Of a stretch of DNA of 6,596 bases, positions 5,272-6,596 are shown piece after piece. The notes below the pieces were generated by a model that was not told the origin of the DNA, made no database searches, and saw nothing but the letters and a program-made list of their open reading frames with translations. The DNA is taken from positions 1 to 6,596 of IMG/VR virus record IMGVR_UViG_3300023215_002382. One strand, written 5' to 3'. The position numbers and the translations under genes were made by a program. Each line of letters starts with the position of its first letter. Position 1 is the stretch's first letter. Origin of the DNA: a virus.

Positions 5272-5556
5272 TTAGAAGCCAAAGGCATCGCCAACAAACG
5301 GCGTGCCCTTGAGTGATGACTCAACCCGGCCATAACGTTTCATGTCTTCAATGAAACGCCAGTAGCGGGCAGAGTCGGTTTCGGATAGCTCACGCTGCTG
5401 GATAGCAAGCGGCTTGGGTGGGCCAAAATGGACGCGGGCCTGCAGATCAGAGCGGAGGGCGTCCCAGTTGGTTACCACTGGAACCGGGCGAGCAGTACGC
5501 GCCTTGCCAATCTCGCGACGAGTCTGGACGCGACCACCAAGACGAACCTTATTCAT
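5272..5556 (-). CDS. Basic hypothetical protein (94 aa from ATG 5556; the track's 109-aa version starts at a TTG at 5601)
   Basis: MNKVRLGGRVQTRREIGKARTARPVPVVTNWDALRSDLQARVHFGPPKPLAIQQRELSETDSARYWRFIEDMKRYGRVESSLKGTPFVGDAFGF. ATG 5556 is embedded in the end of the upstream ORF (C-ATG-AAT-AA, an 8-nt overlap), which suggests coupling. It lies between Rep and gV. I recognise no family. Confidence 0.6.
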   Translation of the reverse strand: MNKVRLGGRVQTRREIGKARTARPVPVVTNWDALRSDLQARVHFGPPKPLAIQQRELSETDSARYWRFIEDMKRYGRVESSLKGTPFVGDAFGF

Positions 5557-5731
5557 GGCGCAGCCCTTGGAGCCGGAGATAAACCCAAACAGAAGGACCA
5601 AGGCTCAGAAAAAGAGAAATCAGAACGGCCATCACCGTGACGTCATAAGAAGCCCAGACAACGAAGGCCAATGCGACGCAAAGGGCAATAGAGAACTTAA
5701 GGAAGAAGGCAACGGCCTGGACAATATTCAT
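5549..5731 (-). CDS. Small two-TM membrane protein (60 aa), hypothetical
   Basis: MNIVQAVAFFLKFSIALCVALAFVVWASYDVTVMAVLISLFLSLGPSVWVYLRLQGLRHE has two hydrophobic helices. Its ATG (5731-5729) overlaps the Rep stop TGA (5730-5728) as ATGA. Confidence 0.55.
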   Translation of the reverse strand: MNIVQAVAFFLKFSIALCVALAFVVWASYDVTVMAVLISLFLSLGPSVWVYLRLQGLRHE

Positions 5732-6060
5732 GCAGCCACCAGTCGAAGATGCGACGGCACTTGAGCATGCCGGTAGAAGGCCGGGATAGGCTGTTCATAG
5801 GTACGTTCGACCTCACGCACGTTCTTTATGAAGACAACGCCGCAGCGAGTGGAATCGAACGGAATCTTGATATCAATTCCGATGCGGCGGAGACGGGCGC
5901 GGTGCTGCTTAACAGCAGACTTTGCAAAGTCGAAGCTAGCGCCATGCATCCATTCGTATGCATAGCCAGCGGTCCGGCCAGCAGCCTGAACAGACTTGCA
6001 AACGCCCTCTTCAATCAGGTGCTGGGTAATGCTCACAGTGTCAAATGCGTCTAGAGTCAT
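5728..6060 (-). CDS. Possible gpX-like protein from an in-frame internal start within the Rep gene (110 aa)
   Basis: ATG at 6060-6058 is in the Rep frame (333 nt to the stop). It is preceded by AAGGTGG (plus 6069-6075) with an 8-nt spacer, which is the strongest SD-like match I found inside any ORF here. Ff gene X is likewise an in-frame restart in gII and gives a 111-aa protein. Confidence 0.4.
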   Translation of the reverse strand: MTLDAFDTVSITQHLIEEGVCKSVQAAGRTAGYAYEWMHGASFDFAKSAVKQHRARLRRIGIDIKIPFDSTRCGVVFIKNVREVERTYEQPIPAFYRHAQVPSHLRLVAA

Positions 6061-6596
6061 TTTGTCGCCCACCTTTAAAAAATCGTCGTGAATCTCCACC
6101 AATTTGCGCTCATCAAACAGGCCCCAGTAGGCCAGCCGCTCACGCTTCAAAAGCTCAGACTTGAGCTTAATTTCCGAACGAACCATGCCCACAGAAGCGC
6201 ACCAATCGCGGAGACGCTTAACGTAGGCGTACTCCTCGGAGTCATCGCCAAAAGTGCGTTTAATCTTTGGCAGCAGGTGCGCATCCAGCTCAGCAGCCTT
6301 CGCGTAGTTGCCTGGATAAGCCAAGCGCCCTGCCTTCTCGCCACCTGTGGGAGTCCAAACGCATGTACAGCCGTCCGGATACAAGTAACCAATTGAATTG
6401 CGATAGCGCTGACTGGAAATGCCGCGCAGATAAGCCCTTTCATTGCCCTGCCCCACGTAGAAATTACTGGTCAGGTCGAGACGCTGAATAACAACGCCGT
6501 CAGCAAGAACTGATTGGTTCTGCAAACGCTTAACCGTGGTGCACTTGGTCATAGGCGGATAACCCAGCTCGGCGAGCAATGAGTTGATGACACGAA
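5728..6596 (-). CDS. gII: Replication initiation protein (gpII / Phage_CRI-like), C-terminal 289 codons; the 5' end runs off the window and is found at 145-403
   Basis: The track ORF 5728..6579 begins at a TTG that is really an internal Leu, and the frame stays open to base 6596. The motif order resembles Ff gpII as I recall it: IQRLDLTSNF (cf ISRIDATF), AYPGNYAKAAEL (cf VAYLKHVEL, the active-site Tyr region), and VRSEIKLK (cf VRFEARIK). It is the first gene of the operon. Confidence 0.85.
   Translation of the reverse strand, partial: RVINSLLAELGYPPMTKCTTVKRLQNQSVLADGVVIQRLDLTSNFYVGQGNERAYLRGISSQRYRNSIGYLYPDGCTCVWTPTGGEKAGRLAYPGNYAKAAELDAHLLPKIKRTFGDDSEEYAYVKRLRDWCASVGMVRSEIKLKSELLKRERLAYWGLFDERKLVEIHDDFLKVGDKMTLDAFDTVSITQHLIEEGVCKSVQAAGRTAGYAYEWMHGASFDFAKSAVKQHRARLRRIGIDIKIPFDSTRCGVVFIKNVREVERTYEQPIPAFYRHAQVPSHLRLVAA
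6453..6596. repeat. Terminal direct repeat, copy 2 (circular-assembly overlap)
   Basis: Identical to 1-144. The offset is 6452 nt, which gives the genome unit length. Confidence 0.95.

Noticed and set aside
5414-5764. Plus-strand ORFs 5414..5764 (116 aa) and 5428..5640 (70 aa), and other shadow ORFs: 1214..1435(-), 2178..2399(-), 3150..3425(+), 3758..3958(+), 4183..4392(-), 4854..5078(+), 5029..5226(-).
   Set aside because: They are antisense or out of frame relative to coupled, well-supported genes, and have no independent translation signals.
1-6596. CRISPR arrays, tRNA/rRNA genes, and known defence or anti-defence systems.
   Set aside because: There are no spaced direct repeats, no cloverleaf-capable segments and no rRNA-like stretches. 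Every sizeable ORF is accounted for by the inovirus core or by small unknown proteins.

Overview
The window is one complete, circularly permuted genome of a small filamentous ssDNA phage (inovirus-like). Bases 1-144 are identical to 6453-6596, so the unit length is 6,452 bp. The repeat falls inside a single ORF, the replication initiator, which marks it as a circular-assembly overlap rather than a biological repeat. The minus strand carries the classic Ff-type gene order, tightly packed and translationally coupled: gII-like Rep with a possible in-frame gX-like internal start, a 60-aa two-TM protein, a 94-aa basic protein, a gV ssDNA-binding protein clearly alignable to M13 gpV, a 73-aa membrane protein (gVII/gIX position), the gVIII major coat followed by an intrinsic terminator, a gIII-like adsorption protein with a long Gly/Asp/Ser linker, a gVI-like protein, and gI/Zot ATPase. 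The plus strand carries a divergent accessory cassette: an XRE-family HTH regulator, 265 nt of highly structured non-coding DNA, and a small acidic ORF with a strong terminator. The roughly 270-nt intergenic region between that terminator and the end of gI holds a dif-like XerC/XerD site, an inverted second XerC arm that can pair with it, a perfect 12-bp hairpin and a 14-nt palindrome. No secretin (gIV), integrase or transposase is encoded, which implies dependence on a host secretin and possibly on host XerCD. I see no tRNA, rRNA, CRISPR array or recognisable defence system. The parts most worth follow-up are the candidate folded attP, the structured non-coding block, the unassigned small proteins and the gX-like internal start. 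All homology statements come from motif recognition by eye and recall, not from searches.
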